From the IMG/VR virus record IMGVR_UViG_3300028831_000290, positions 1-39,729 of that record: 39,729 nt of DNA; one strand, 5' to 3'. The position numbers and the translations under genes are program-made. Positions within the stretch are counted from its first letter, which is position 1. Every line of letters begins with the position of its first letter. The DNA comes from a virus. The notes below the pieces were generated by a model, which ran no database searches, was not told where the DNA came from, and saw only the letters and a list, made by a program, of their open reading frames with translations. Below are positions 20,878 to 29,141 of the stretch, one piece after another.

Positions 20878-22296
20878 ATGAGCGCCCCGGCGCTGAGCAA
20901 GGCCGATGAGCTCCGCATCCTGCGCCGGCTGGCCGAGCTCAAGCCGTTTCAGTGGCGCTGCCGCCGGCCGGGCTGCGACGGCCTACCTCATCCCGACCCC
21001 AACCCGCTGCTGTCGATGCCGCATCGGCACGCTCGCGCCGCGCAAGTGCCGCCGCCGGGTGATTGGTACTTCTGGTTCCTCATGGCCGGGCGCGGGTTCG
21101 GCAAGACGCGCACCGGCGCCGAGTGGATCAAGGACCGGATGATGAGCGAACCGGGCCACCGCGTCGCCGTCATCTGCCCGGACTTCGCCATCGGCCGCGA
21201 CGTCTGCATCGAGGGTGAGTCCGGCCTGCTCGGCATCGAGCCGAACCCCGGCCTGTTCCCGCCCGAGGTGCGCCGGGGCCTGAAGTGGAACCGGTCCATC
21301 GGCGAGCTCACGTTGCCCAACGGCAGCCAGCTGCGCATCTTCGGCGCCGACACCCGCAAGGACGCCGAGAGCCTGCGCGGGTACCAGTGCCACTCCGCCT
21401 GGTTCGAGGAGCTGGGCACGCAGCGCTACGGTGACGTCGCGTGGGACATGCTGGAGTTCGCGTTGCGTCTCGGCGACGATCCGCGCGTCGTGGTGACCGG
21501 CACCCCGCGGCCGACCGCGCTCATCAAGCGGCTGGTCAAGGATCCCGACGGCGTCATCACCAACGGCACTACCTACGACAACGAGCACAACCTGCCGGCG
21601 AAGATGCGCGACCGCATCAAGCGCCGCCACGAGGGCACGACGCTGGGCCAGCAAGAGCTGTTCGGCCTGCTGCTCGACGACGCCGTCGGCGCGCTGTGGA
21701 ACTCGGAGATGTTCCTCCGGCCGGACACCGCGGCCGAGCTGCCCGACTTCGTGCACGTCGTCATCGGGGTGGACCCGGCCGGCAGCGCGCACAAGACCTC
21801 GGACCTGACCGGCATCATCGCCGTCGGCCTGGACGCGGCTGGGCGGCTGTGGGTGCTGGCCGACAAAAGCGGGCGCTACTCTCCCGAGCAGTGGCGCACC
21901 GAGGTTTACGAGCTGTTTGACACCCTCGGCGCTGACCTCGTCGTGGGGGAGCGCAACTTCGGCGGCGACATGGTGGCCAGCACGCTGCGCGCCGTGCCTC
22001 CGGGTGAGCGGGTGCTGCCCTTCGAGCTGGTGACCGCGAGCCGGGGCAAGGTCATCCGGGCCCGGCCGGTGGCCGATCTCTACGAGCAGGGGCGTGTGCT
22101 GCACCTGGGCACCTTCGCCGATCTGGAGACCGACCTCACCAGCTGGATCCCGCCTGGCCAGTTCGACACCGAGGGCAACCCGATCGAGCCCAGCAACTGG
22201 AGCCCCGACCGCATGGACGCGCTGGTGTGGGCGGCCACGAAGCTGGGCGTCCGGCCACGTAAGCCGCGCCGGACGATGACATTCGTAGCCGCATGA
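20878..22296 (+). CDS. Terminase large subunit (472 aa)
   Basis: Walker A-like MAGRGFGKTRTG, with typical length and position. Confidence 0.85.
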   Translation: MSAPALSKADELRILRRLAELKPFQWRCRRPGCDGLPHPDPNPLLSMPHRHARAAQVPPPGDWYFWFLMAGRGFGKTRTGAEWIKDRMMSEPGHRVAVICPDFAIGRDVCIEGESGLLGIEPNPGLFPPEVRRGLKWNRSIGELTLPNGSQLRIFGADTRKDAESLRGYQCHSAWFEELGTQRYGDVAWDMLEFALRLGDDPRVVVTGTPRPTALIKRLVKDPDGVITNGTTYDNEHNLPAKMRDRIKRRHEGTTLGQQELFGLLLDDAVGALWNSEMFLRPDTAAELPDFVHVVIGVDPAGSAHKTSDLTGIIAVGLDAAGRLWVLADKSGRYSPEQWRTEVYELFDTLGADLVVGERNFGGDMVASTLRAVPPGERVLPFELVTASRGKVIRARPVADLYEQGRVLHLGTFADLETDLTSWIPPGQFDTEGNPIEPSNWSPDRMDALVWAATKLGVRPRKPRRTMTFVAA

Positions 22297-22310
22297 CGGG
22301 CCGGCACGGC

Positions 22311-22499
22311 TTAGCGCCGAGTAATACTCTCGAAGGCCCGGTCATTCGCCGACCGCTTGGCGATGCTGGCGCGGCTCTTCCAAACCCACGAGTAGCACTG
22401 GCTGCCGAGGACAACGGCGGTGCCGATTACGCGGCCGCACAGGCGGTTCAAGCTGGCGCGGTAACCGGGGTCGGCGACGCGGTAGTGGGTGAAACGCAT
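22311..22499 (-). CDS. Reverse-oriented small protein with a possible TM segment (62 aa), moron-like
   Basis: GAAGGA-N9-ATG 22499. Minus-frame third positions are about 85% G/C, against about 50% for the overlapping + frame. The central stretch VIGTAVVLGSQCYSWVW is hydrophobic. Confidence 0.6.
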   Translation of the reverse strand: MRFTHYRVADPGYRASLNRLCGRVIGTAVVLGSQCYSWVWKSRASIAKRSANDRAFESITRR

Positions 22500-22531
22500 G
22501 GGAGTCTTGTCCTTCGCTTAGGTGACGTTCG

Positions 22532-22560
22532 TGGCCGCATAATGTACCCTGAAGTACACA
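22532..22560 (+). promoter_or_regulatory. Candidate promoter TGGCCG-17-TACACA in the divergent 78-nt gap
   Basis: It lies in the AT-richer gap 22500..22577, which also contains a CATAAT hexamer and a 5-bp inverted repeat TGTAC-N6-GTACA. Confidence 0.35.
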
Positions 22561-22577
22561 CTACGACACCAGGGGAC

Positions 22578-23048
22578 ATGATGGATGAAGACGAGATCAC
22601 CGACCTGGACCCAGAAGCGGCCGAGCTGAACCCCGAGCAGCTGTGCTTCGCGCTACACAAGGGCGGCGGCCTGCTCACTCGCCACGGTCGGCCGGTCTGG
22701 GCGACGCGTAGGCAGATGCAGACCATGCCCGACATCGCCGAGCAGCTCATCCCGATCGACGGGGCACCGCCGCTGGGCAGCGTGCCACTCTTCGAGGCCA
22801 ACGCGGCGCCGGACGTCGTCGGCCGGATGCTTGACCTCGTCGGCACGCTGGAGAAGATGACGGCGGCGGTGGCCGAGCGGGTGGCCATGCTCGACAAGGT
22901 GACCGAGCGCGTCGCCGGGCGCCCGACCCACGAGCGCGAGCTGCTGGCCCGCGCGGCGGAGCTCATCGACCCGGACGCTGCGCCGCCCTCGAACAGCTAC
23001 GAGGTGCACCTGGACTGGCTCTCGAAGTGGCGCGAGGTGACCTCGTGA
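22578..23048 (+). CDS. Hypothetical acidic-N-terminus protein (156 aa)
   Basis: ATG 22578/22581 follows AGGGGA. The upstream part of the track ORF is antisense to the 62-aa gene and has AT-rich third positions. Confidence 0.6.
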   Translation: MMDEDEITDLDPEAAELNPEQLCFALHKGGGLLTRHGRPVWATRRQMQTMPDIAEQLIPIDGAPPLGSVPLFEANAAPDVVGRMLDLVGTLEKMTAAVAERVAMLDKVTERVAGRPTHERELLARAAELIDPDAAPPSNSYEVHLDWLSKWREVTS

Positions 23049-23395
23049 TGCCCGAGTACGCCGATCAGGCGCCGCGCCACCTCGGCCGGCCGGAACGCTT
23101 CGTCGTCGAGCCGAACCCGGATGGCGGTTACACCGCGCGCAAGCCGGGCGTCTATGGCATCCAGGCCGGCAACGGCCTGGGCGATGGTTTCGTGCCGCTC
23201 TTCGAGGTGAAGGAGCCGCCCGGCAAGCCGTTGCCGAACCGCCGGGACCGGCGCGAGCAGGCGCGGCAGGCCGCCCGGCAGCTCAACCGCGGGCGGCGTC
23301 GGCGCGTCGTGGCTGTCCAGCCCGATGACCGCGTGGTGCCGTGGGTGGGGCATGGCAGGCAGCGTGGCGACCGCGAGAACCCGACGGGAAAGTAG
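23048..23395 (+). CDS. Hypothetical basic protein (115 aa)
   Basis: ATG 23048 shares its A with the upstream TGA (GTG 23045 is also possible). Confidence 0.55.
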   Translation: MPEYADQAPRHLGRPERFVVEPNPDGGYTARKPGVYGIQAGNGLGDGFVPLFEVKEPPGKPLPNRRDRREQARQAARQLNRGRRRRVVAVQPDDRVVPWVGHGRQRGDRENPTGK

Positions 23396-23401
23396 GACGG
23401 C

Positions 23402-23755
23402 ATGTTGGAGATCCACATTCGTGGCCGGAAGGACGTGTCGGTCAGCTTTCTCACGCTGGACCAGCTGCTGCGCACCGTGCGCGTCGTCGCCGACACGTCG
23501 TTCGTCGAGCCGCGGGAGGGTGCCCTGCTCAACCTCGCCCACGTCGTGCAGATCGTCGAGGGGCCGGACGAGGAAGACGACGTGGCCGCCGACGAGGCGG
23601 AGCAGGAAGCCGCCGAGCCGGTCAACGTCGTCGGACCGCTGGACGTGTTGGGCACGCCGCGCGACGCCTGCCCGCACGGCTACATCCCGTCGACGTGCTC
23701 GGAGTGCAAGCGTCTGGCCACCGAGGTCGAGCAGGAGCAGCCGCTATGGTGGTAG
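23402..23755 (+). CDS. Hypothetical protein with an acidic linker and a C-terminal Cys pair (117 aa)
   Basis: ATG 23402, with G/C-rich third positions. Contains CPHGYIPSTCSEC near the C-terminus. Confidence 0.55.
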   Translation: MLEIHIRGRKDVSVSFLTLDQLLRTVRVVADTSFVEPREGALLNLAHVVQIVEGPDEEDDVAADEAEQEAAEPVNVVGPLDVLGTPRDACPHGYIPSTCSECKRLATEVEQEQPLWW

Positions 23756-23910
23756 CCCTCGCGCTCATGGTTCTCGTCGTTGCCAGTTCGACCGCAGGAT
23801 TTGTGCTCGGCTGGTTCGCGGCAATCCGGCAGCTACCTCGTATGATGGCGAAAATGCCGCCGTCCGAACTGGACGCCTTGGCCGACCGGGTAGCAGAGCT
23901 GAGGGAGTAG
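23746..23910 (+). CDS. Small single-TM membrane protein (54 aa)
   Basis: ATG 23746 overlaps the end of the upstream gene and follows AGGAG. TM segment VVALALMVLVVASSTAGFVLGWF. Confidence 0.5.
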   Translation: MVVALALMVLVVASSTAGFVLGWFAAIRQLPRMMAKMPPSELDALADRVAELRE

Positions 23911-23913
23911 ACG

Positions 23914-25749
23914 ATGGGGCTTCGAGATCTTGCTCTGCGGTCGGCGGGGGTGCGCGCCCGGCCACCGGCGCCGACCTCGGTCCGCCCGCCGGCCGGGGCG
24001 CTCGAAGCGCCCAGCGCCTTCGGCACGCCCGGCCAGCCGCTGTGGCCCTCGTTCGACCCGCAGACCGCCATCCGGCTCGGCCAGCGCAACGTGTTCGCCA
24101 TGCGCTGCGTCGAGGTGATCGCCAATTCGATCAGCGGCCTGCCGTACCAGGGCGGGAACGTCAAGAGCCGGACGCCGCGGCCCACCAGCCGCACCATGCA
24201 GCTGCTCGGCCCGGCGCCCGGCCGCCCCAACCCGAAATGGTCGAGCGCCAAGCTGTGGCGGCACTCGGCGATCCAGTACCTCATGACCGGCAAGTTCGCC
24301 TGGCTCAAGGAGTTCGACGACGCCGGGCGCATCATCGCGCTGTGGCCGTTGATGGCTCAGCACCTCACCCCCGTGCTGGCCGGGACGGGGTCGGCCGACT
24401 ATTTCACCGGCTTCGATTACGGCACACGCGGCCAGCCGGGCTACCGGCCGTTCAAGCTCGGCCAGGTTGTGTACTGCTGGCGTCCGTCGCAAGAGGACTT
24501 CCGCCAGCCCGAACCCCCGATGCGGCTGGCTCAGTGGGGCATCCAGGTCATGCGGCTGCTGGACGAGTTCGACCGCGGCTTCCTGCAGAACGGCGGCGTG
24601 CCTGCTCATCTCGTCGTGACTCCGGCATTCGAGGACCCGAACAGCCGTATTGCATTCCGGGACCAATTCCGGCGCAAGTTCGGCGGCCCGGCCAACGCGG
24701 GCAAGGTGGCCTTCGGCGAGTTCACCGACGACAGCGGTGACCTCGGTCAGGGGACAAGCCGGGCGCAGACCGTCGATGTCAAGGTCATCGGGCAAACCCA
24801 GAAGGACAGTCAGCTGCGCGAGTCCCGGATGGACCGTATCGACGAGATGTGCGCCGCGCTCGGTGTGCCGCTGTCGTTGCTGGGCATCAGCCGGGATTCG
24901 AAGTTCACGAACATGCAGACCGACCTCGAAGTCCTCTGGCAGATCACGAACAAACCGATCATCACCGAGCTGGAAGACAATACGAATGCGGCACTGTCCG
25001 ATCTGGACGGTCCGCAGGACGTCGGCTGGTTCGACGTGTCCGGCGTGCCGCAGCTGCGCAAGCCGCCGGTGTTCACCGAGCAGGGCGGGCTGGCCGCGGT
25101 CAAGGACGGGGTGATCACGCCCAACGAGTACCGCTCGGACCGCGGCCTGCCGCCGGTCGAGGGTGGCGATGATCTGGTCACCGCACCGAAGCCGGACGCG
25201 CTGCCACCCGCGGGCGAGCCGCAGCAGGACCCGCCTGCCCCGGCTCCCGTGTCGGCACCGAAGCTCAAGGCTGTGCGGGCGGCCGCGGTCCGCACCGACC
25301 TGCTCGACGTCGTGCGTGGGCAGCTGGCCGTCGAGCTGGCCGCCCAGCGCGCCGAGCTCGAAGCGCGGCAGGCCGGCAAGCGGGGCGGCCGCCGCCGGGC
25401 GCATGCGCTGCTCGACCTCGCGTTGGTCTACGACACCGAGCACTGGCAGCAGCGCATGGTCACCAACCTCGGGCCGGGCCTGCGCGCCGCGGGTTACGCC
25501 GACCCGGACATCGCCGGTTTCTCCGCCGACGTCACCGCGGCGGTGGCCGAGCAGCTGGCCGGCGCCGTCGAGCTGGACGCCGCGGCCTGGGAGCCGGACG
25601 GATACATGGCGGCGCTCGGTCAGGTGCTCGATCGCAAACCGGGCACGATGGTCGACCACGGCACCGTCGAACAGGCACTGCTGCAGCTAGCCGGCGGGCA
25701 AGGCGACGCCGCGGCCGCGCTATCTATGCTGGGCGGTGGTGGCGCGTGA
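23914..25749 (+). CDS. Portal protein (611 aa)
   Basis: GAGGGAG precedes ATG 23914. The call rests on size and on its position between terminase and the MuF/protease gene. Confidence 0.75.
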   Translation: MGLRDLALRSAGVRARPPAPTSVRPPAGALEAPSAFGTPGQPLWPSFDPQTAIRLGQRNVFAMRCVEVIANSISGLPYQGGNVKSRTPRPTSRTMQLLGPAPGRPNPKWSSAKLWRHSAIQYLMTGKFAWLKEFDDAGRIIALWPLMAQHLTPVLAGTGSADYFTGFDYGTRGQPGYRPFKLGQVVYCWRPSQEDFRQPEPPMRLAQWGIQVMRLLDEFDRGFLQNGGVPAHLVVTPAFEDPNSRIAFRDQFRRKFGGPANAGKVAFGEFTDDSGDLGQGTSRAQTVDVKVIGQTQKDSQLRESRMDRIDEMCAALGVPLSLLGISRDSKFTNMQTDLEVLWQITNKPIITELEDNTNAALSDLDGPQDVGWFDVSGVPQLRKPPVFTEQGGLAAVKDGVITPNEYRSDRGLPPVEGGDDLVTAPKPDALPPAGEPQQDPPAPAPVSAPKLKAVRAAAVRTDLLDVVRGQLAVELAAQRAELEARQAGKRGGRRRAHALLDLALVYDTEHWQQRMVTNLGPGLRAAGYADPDIAGFSADVTAAVAEQLAGAVELDAAAWEPDGYMAALGQVLDRKPGTMVDHGTVEQALLQLAGGQGDAAAALSMLGGGGA

Positions 25750-25952
25750 GTGAGGTGGCCGGAACATTCGACATGCCGGGCGCGATTCGGAAAGTGTTGG
25801 AAGAGCGGGCAGACGAGATTTTCTTATTCGAGATCCCGACGTTCGAGGAGAACGCGGCCAAGCTGCGTCGCGAACTGATGTTCGACTGGTACATGATGGC
25901 GCAGGTGCGTACGCCGCCGTCGGCTATGAAGATCGTCACGGACGTCTCATGA
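25746..25952 (+). CDS. Hypothetical protein, AT-richer (68 aa)
   Basis: GTG 25746 overlaps the portal stop, and its stop overlaps the next ATG (ATGA). Confidence 0.5.
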   Translation: MSEVAGTFDMPGAIRKVLEERADEIFLFEIPTFEENAAKLRRELMFDWYMMAQVRTPPSAMKIVTDVS

Positions 25953-27916
25953 CCACGCCCGCGGCCATCCCGCCGCCGGTCGAGAGCAGCAACACCGACG
26001 AGGTCATCGTGGCGCTGGGCGCGCTGCTGCTCGCCGGTGCGACGGTGGCCGCGGCTACGAAGGTACTCGGCACGCTGGCCGGGGTCGGCGCGAAGCTGGC
26101 CGGGGCGGTGTTCAAGGACCGGAAGCTGTCCAAGCTGCTGGGCAAGAAGGTGACAAAACCCGGACAGAACGCGGCCACATCCGCGCTGATCCGGCACGCC
26201 GCAGCCGAGCGGCAGACCGCGGCGCGCGCGGCCTACATGGTCTCTGCCGTGCTGCGCCTGGTGCCCGCCCACGCCACGGGCGACCCGGCCGTCATCGCCG
26301 CGGCGAACGCCCGGGAGGACACCTTCGCCGTCGCCCACGCCAAGGCGGCTGCACACCGGCAGGCCGCCACCAACGCGCTGATTCAGGCAGTCGGCAAGCG
26401 CAGGCCGGACAAGGACGGCCGCCTGCTCATGGGCTGGTACCTCGATGATGGTGCGAACAACTGCGCCACCTGCCTCGCGGCCGACGGGACCAACTTCGAC
26501 GCGCTCGACCCGCCCATCATCGGGTGGCCGGGCCACGTGCACCCGCACTGCTACTGCGAGGCCGGCGCCCCGCACCCCACGGAGGTCATGGTGGACGACG
26601 TCGTCACACAGCGGGCGGAGCTGCCTCCGGAAGTGCGCGCCATCGAGCTGGAGCCGGAGGCGCGGGCGAGCGGGCTGCAGGCTACGGCCAGCGGCCGGAA
26701 GCTGTGGAAATGGCTCACTGGCGCGGGCGGGCTCTCGAAGTTTGCCGGCAGTCCGCATCCGTGGCAGGCCCTGGTGGACTTTCTGGTCAGCAAGGGCGTG
26801 CCGCCCGGCGTCGCCAAGGGCGAGGCCACCAACATCATGCAGGCGTCCGCGGCAGGTAAGGCCCTGTTCGCCAAGGGCCACAAGGGAAAGCACAAGAAGC
26901 GGAGCAGCGACATGAAGACCGAGACCCGCGCAGCCGTCATTACCGAGGTCCGTGGACCCGGCACCGCCAAGCCCGACGACCCGCCCGGCTTCACCGCGCG
27001 CATGGTGCCCTACGGCGTGCCGGACAGCTACCGCACCAGCTGGCGCCAGGGCGTGTTCGGCCCGGCGCTGGAGAAGCGCAGCGCGGCGGGCCACGCCATC
27101 CCGGTCGTCTGGAACCACGACCCCGGCGACCCGGTCGGCCAGGTCGTCAACTACCGCGACGAAGCGGACGCCTTCTACGCCGACGTCGAGTTCGACGACC
27201 TCGATGCGGTCCCGCGGGCTCGGCAGGCGCACGCGCAACTGCGCGCCAACGCCAAGACGGGCAAGCCGACGATGGGCCAGTTCAGCTTCGCGTTCGTCCG
27301 GGGCCAGGAGCAGGAAGACCCGGAGCACCGCGGCGTGATGCAGCAGACCGAGGTGGACGCGGTGCAGGAGTTCAGCATCGTGCTCAACGGCGCGGTGCCG
27401 GGCACCAGCGTGACCGCCACCCGGGCCGCCGGCCGCGTCGACGCGCGCACCGCGGCCGACCTGATCGAGCGTTTCGGCCGGGGTGAGGTCGACCTCACCA
27501 GCGCGCTGGTCGAGCTGCGCAGCGCGGCCGCGCCGTCCACCACCCCGCAGTTCGAGGTGCGGGCGCTTGGCGACGCGCAGCCCACCATCGCCCCGCTGGA
27601 CGTGCTGGCCGAGGTGGACACCGCGCTGGTCGGCCTGGCCGAGCAGCTCGATAAGGGCGAAGTCGAGGCGGCCCGGAAATTCTTCAGCAAGGCGGCGGGC
27701 CGGCTGAGCGAGCTGCAATACGTGCTCGGCCTGGTGCCGGGCGTCGAGGGCTACGGCGAGACCTACGCGTGGCGGGAGCTGCAGGCCGGCGAGCGGCGCG
27801 CGGCGGGCGACGAGACGCAGGGCGCCTCTGTGGACGAGGACGACCCGTTCGCCGGGCTGGGCGAGCACCGCGCGGTGCCGGGTTACCGCGGGCGGCCGGG
27901 CTGGACGCGCCGATGA
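25949..27916 (+). CDS. MuF-like minor capsid protein / HK97-type prohead protease / scaffold-like C-terminus fusion (655 aa)
   Basis: MuF motif NNCATCLAADGT...GHVHPHCYC. Protease-like PVVWNHDPGDPVG and GQFSFAFV. Helical C-terminal tail (LAEQLDKGEVEAARKFFSKAAGRLSELQ). Confidence 0.75.
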   Translation: MTTPAAIPPPVESSNTDEVIVALGALLLAGATVAAATKVLGTLAGVGAKLAGAVFKDRKLSKLLGKKVTKPGQNAATSALIRHAAAERQTAARAAYMVSAVLRLVPAHATGDPAVIAAANAREDTFAVAHAKAAAHRQAATNALIQAVGKRRPDKDGRLLMGWYLDDGANNCATCLAADGTNFDALDPPIIGWPGHVHPHCYCEAGAPHPTEVMVDDVVTQRAELPPEVRAIELEPEARASGLQATASGRKLWKWLTGAGGLSKFAGSPHPWQALVDFLVSKGVPPGVAKGEATNIMQASAAGKALFAKGHKGKHKKRSSDMKTETRAAVITEVRGPGTAKPDDPPGFTARMVPYGVPDSYRTSWRQGVFGPALEKRSAAGHAIPVVWNHDPGDPVGQVVNYRDEADAFYADVEFDDLDAVPRARQAHAQLRANAKTGKPTMGQFSFAFVRGQEQEDPEHRGVMQQTEVDAVQEFSIVLNGAVPGTSVTATRAAGRVDARTAADLIERFGRGEVDLTSALVELRSAAAPSTTPQFEVRALGDAQPTIAPLDVLAEVDTALVGLAEQLDKGEVEAARKFFSKAAGRLSELQYVLGLVPGVEGYGETYAWRELQAGERRAAGDETQGASVDEDDPFAGLGEHRAVPGYRGRPGWTRR

Positions 27917-28071
27917 ACGAGGAGCTGACGCGGTACCTCGCTGCCGCTGTGATCAAGGCGGGCGGTGAGGTACGACTCACGCACGAAGATCGAATTCAGG
28001 CGTTCGACTTGACACTCAAGGTCGACGACGAGACTGATGACCTGATCATCAGTGCCGAGGTGGCCGAGTGA
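27913..28071 (+). CDS. Hypothetical small acidic protein, AT-richer (52 aa)
   Basis: ATGA overlap upstream and GTGA overlap downstream. Confidence 0.5.
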   Translation: MNEELTRYLAAAVIKAGGEVRLTHEDRIQAFDLTLKVDDETDDLIISAEVAE

Positions 28072-29129
28072 GCGCCGTTGTCTACGCGCCCTACATCGAC
28101 CCGAGCACCTTCTACCGGCTGCTTGAGCCGGCCCGGGTGACGAACACGCCGGTCGTCGAGCACCTGCCGAACGTCGGCGCGGCGGAGACGGTGGTGCTGA
28201 ACCGGCCGCTGGATGCCGGCATCGCCGAGCAGGTCCGGCTGTGGCGCGCCGAGGGGCGCCGGGTGGTCGTGGACCTCGACGACGACTTCGACGCCGTCGT
28301 GCCGGAGCACCGTATCCACGGCCGGTACACCACCGAGTTCCTGCACCAGGCATGCTACTGGGCGTCGGCGGTGACCTGCTCGACGCCCGCGCTCGCCGAA
28401 CGGTACGGCTACGGCCACGGCGAGGTGCTGCGGAACTGCATCCCGGAAAGCTACCTGTCGGTAACCCGACGATCCCGGGTGCCTGGGTACATCGAGCTAG
28501 GTGGTGTGCTGGATAACAGCGTCGGGACGTGGGTCGGCTGGTATGGCTCGCTCGGCAGCCACCCGCGTGACCCGGCTGCCGCCGGGCGCGGCGTGGGCGA
28601 CGCGCTCAACCCGCACCCCGACGTCGAGTTCGTGTTCGCCGGGCCGGGCAAGGACGCGCCGCAGCTCGCCGAGTTGTTCGGCCTGCAGCGCCCGGTGCGC
28701 GAGCTGGGGTTTTTCTCGATGCTCGGCCTCATCCAGATCATTAGCGAGTTCGATATCGGCATCGTGCCGCTGGAGATCAACCCGTTCAACGAGGCGAAGT
28801 CCTACCTCAAGGGGCTGGAGTTCGCCGCGGTGGGCGTGCCGGTCATCGCCAGCCCGACGCCGGAGTACATCCGGATGGCGGCGCAGGGCGGCTGTGTGAC
28901 GGCGGCCAGGCGCGACGATTGGTGGCTGTGGCTGCGTGAGCTCATCAGGCAGCCTGAGATACGGGCTGAGCACGCTGCGCGCGGCCGGGCATGGGCCGCC
29001 GAGCAGACCTACGAGAAGCACGCTGGTCTCTGGCGTGCGGTTTGGTACGCTGATGGACAAGCCAGTGCGGACAACGGGGCTGATGCGACCACCGCCGGGC
29101 GACGTGTGACGACCGACCACGCCCCCTGA
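28068..29129 (+). CDS. GT-B fold glycosyltransferase, GT4/GT1-like (353 aa), inside the head module
   Basis: C-terminal signature NEAKSYLKGLEFAAVGVPVIAS resembles the E-x7-E region (..EA.a.G.PV.as) of retaining GT-B enzymes. G/C-rich third positions. Confidence 0.65.
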   Translation: MSAVVYAPYIDPSTFYRLLEPARVTNTPVVEHLPNVGAAETVVLNRPLDAGIAEQVRLWRAEGRRVVVDLDDDFDAVVPEHRIHGRYTTEFLHQACYWASAVTCSTPALAERYGYGHGEVLRNCIPESYLSVTRRSRVPGYIELGGVLDNSVGTWVGWYGSLGSHPRDPAAAGRGVGDALNPHPDVEFVFAGPGKDAPQLAELFGLQRPVRELGFFSMLGLIQIISEFDIGIVPLEINPFNEAKSYLKGLEFAAVGVPVIASPTPEYIRMAAQGGCVTAARRDDWWLWLRELIRQPEIRAEHAARGRAWAAEQTYEKHAGLWRAVWYADGQASADNGADATTAGRRVTTDHAP

Positions 29130-29141
29130 GAGGATGCGACC

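Noticed and set aside
22293-22577. N-terminal 95-codon extension of the 22293..23048 + ORF
   Set aside because: Its third-position G/C is only about 50%. It is antisense to a minus-strand ORF with about 85% third-position G/C and its own SD.
23833-25659. 608-aa minus-strand ORF
   Set aside because: It is antisense to the portal gene, and it has the same shadow-frame composition.
25724-27868. 714-aa minus-strand ORF
   Set aside because: It is antisense to the MuF/protease gene, which has recognisable motifs. Its product is Arg/Gly/Pro/Ala-rich, as is typical of shadow frames in high-GC DNA. It has no SD and no coupling to neighbouring genes.
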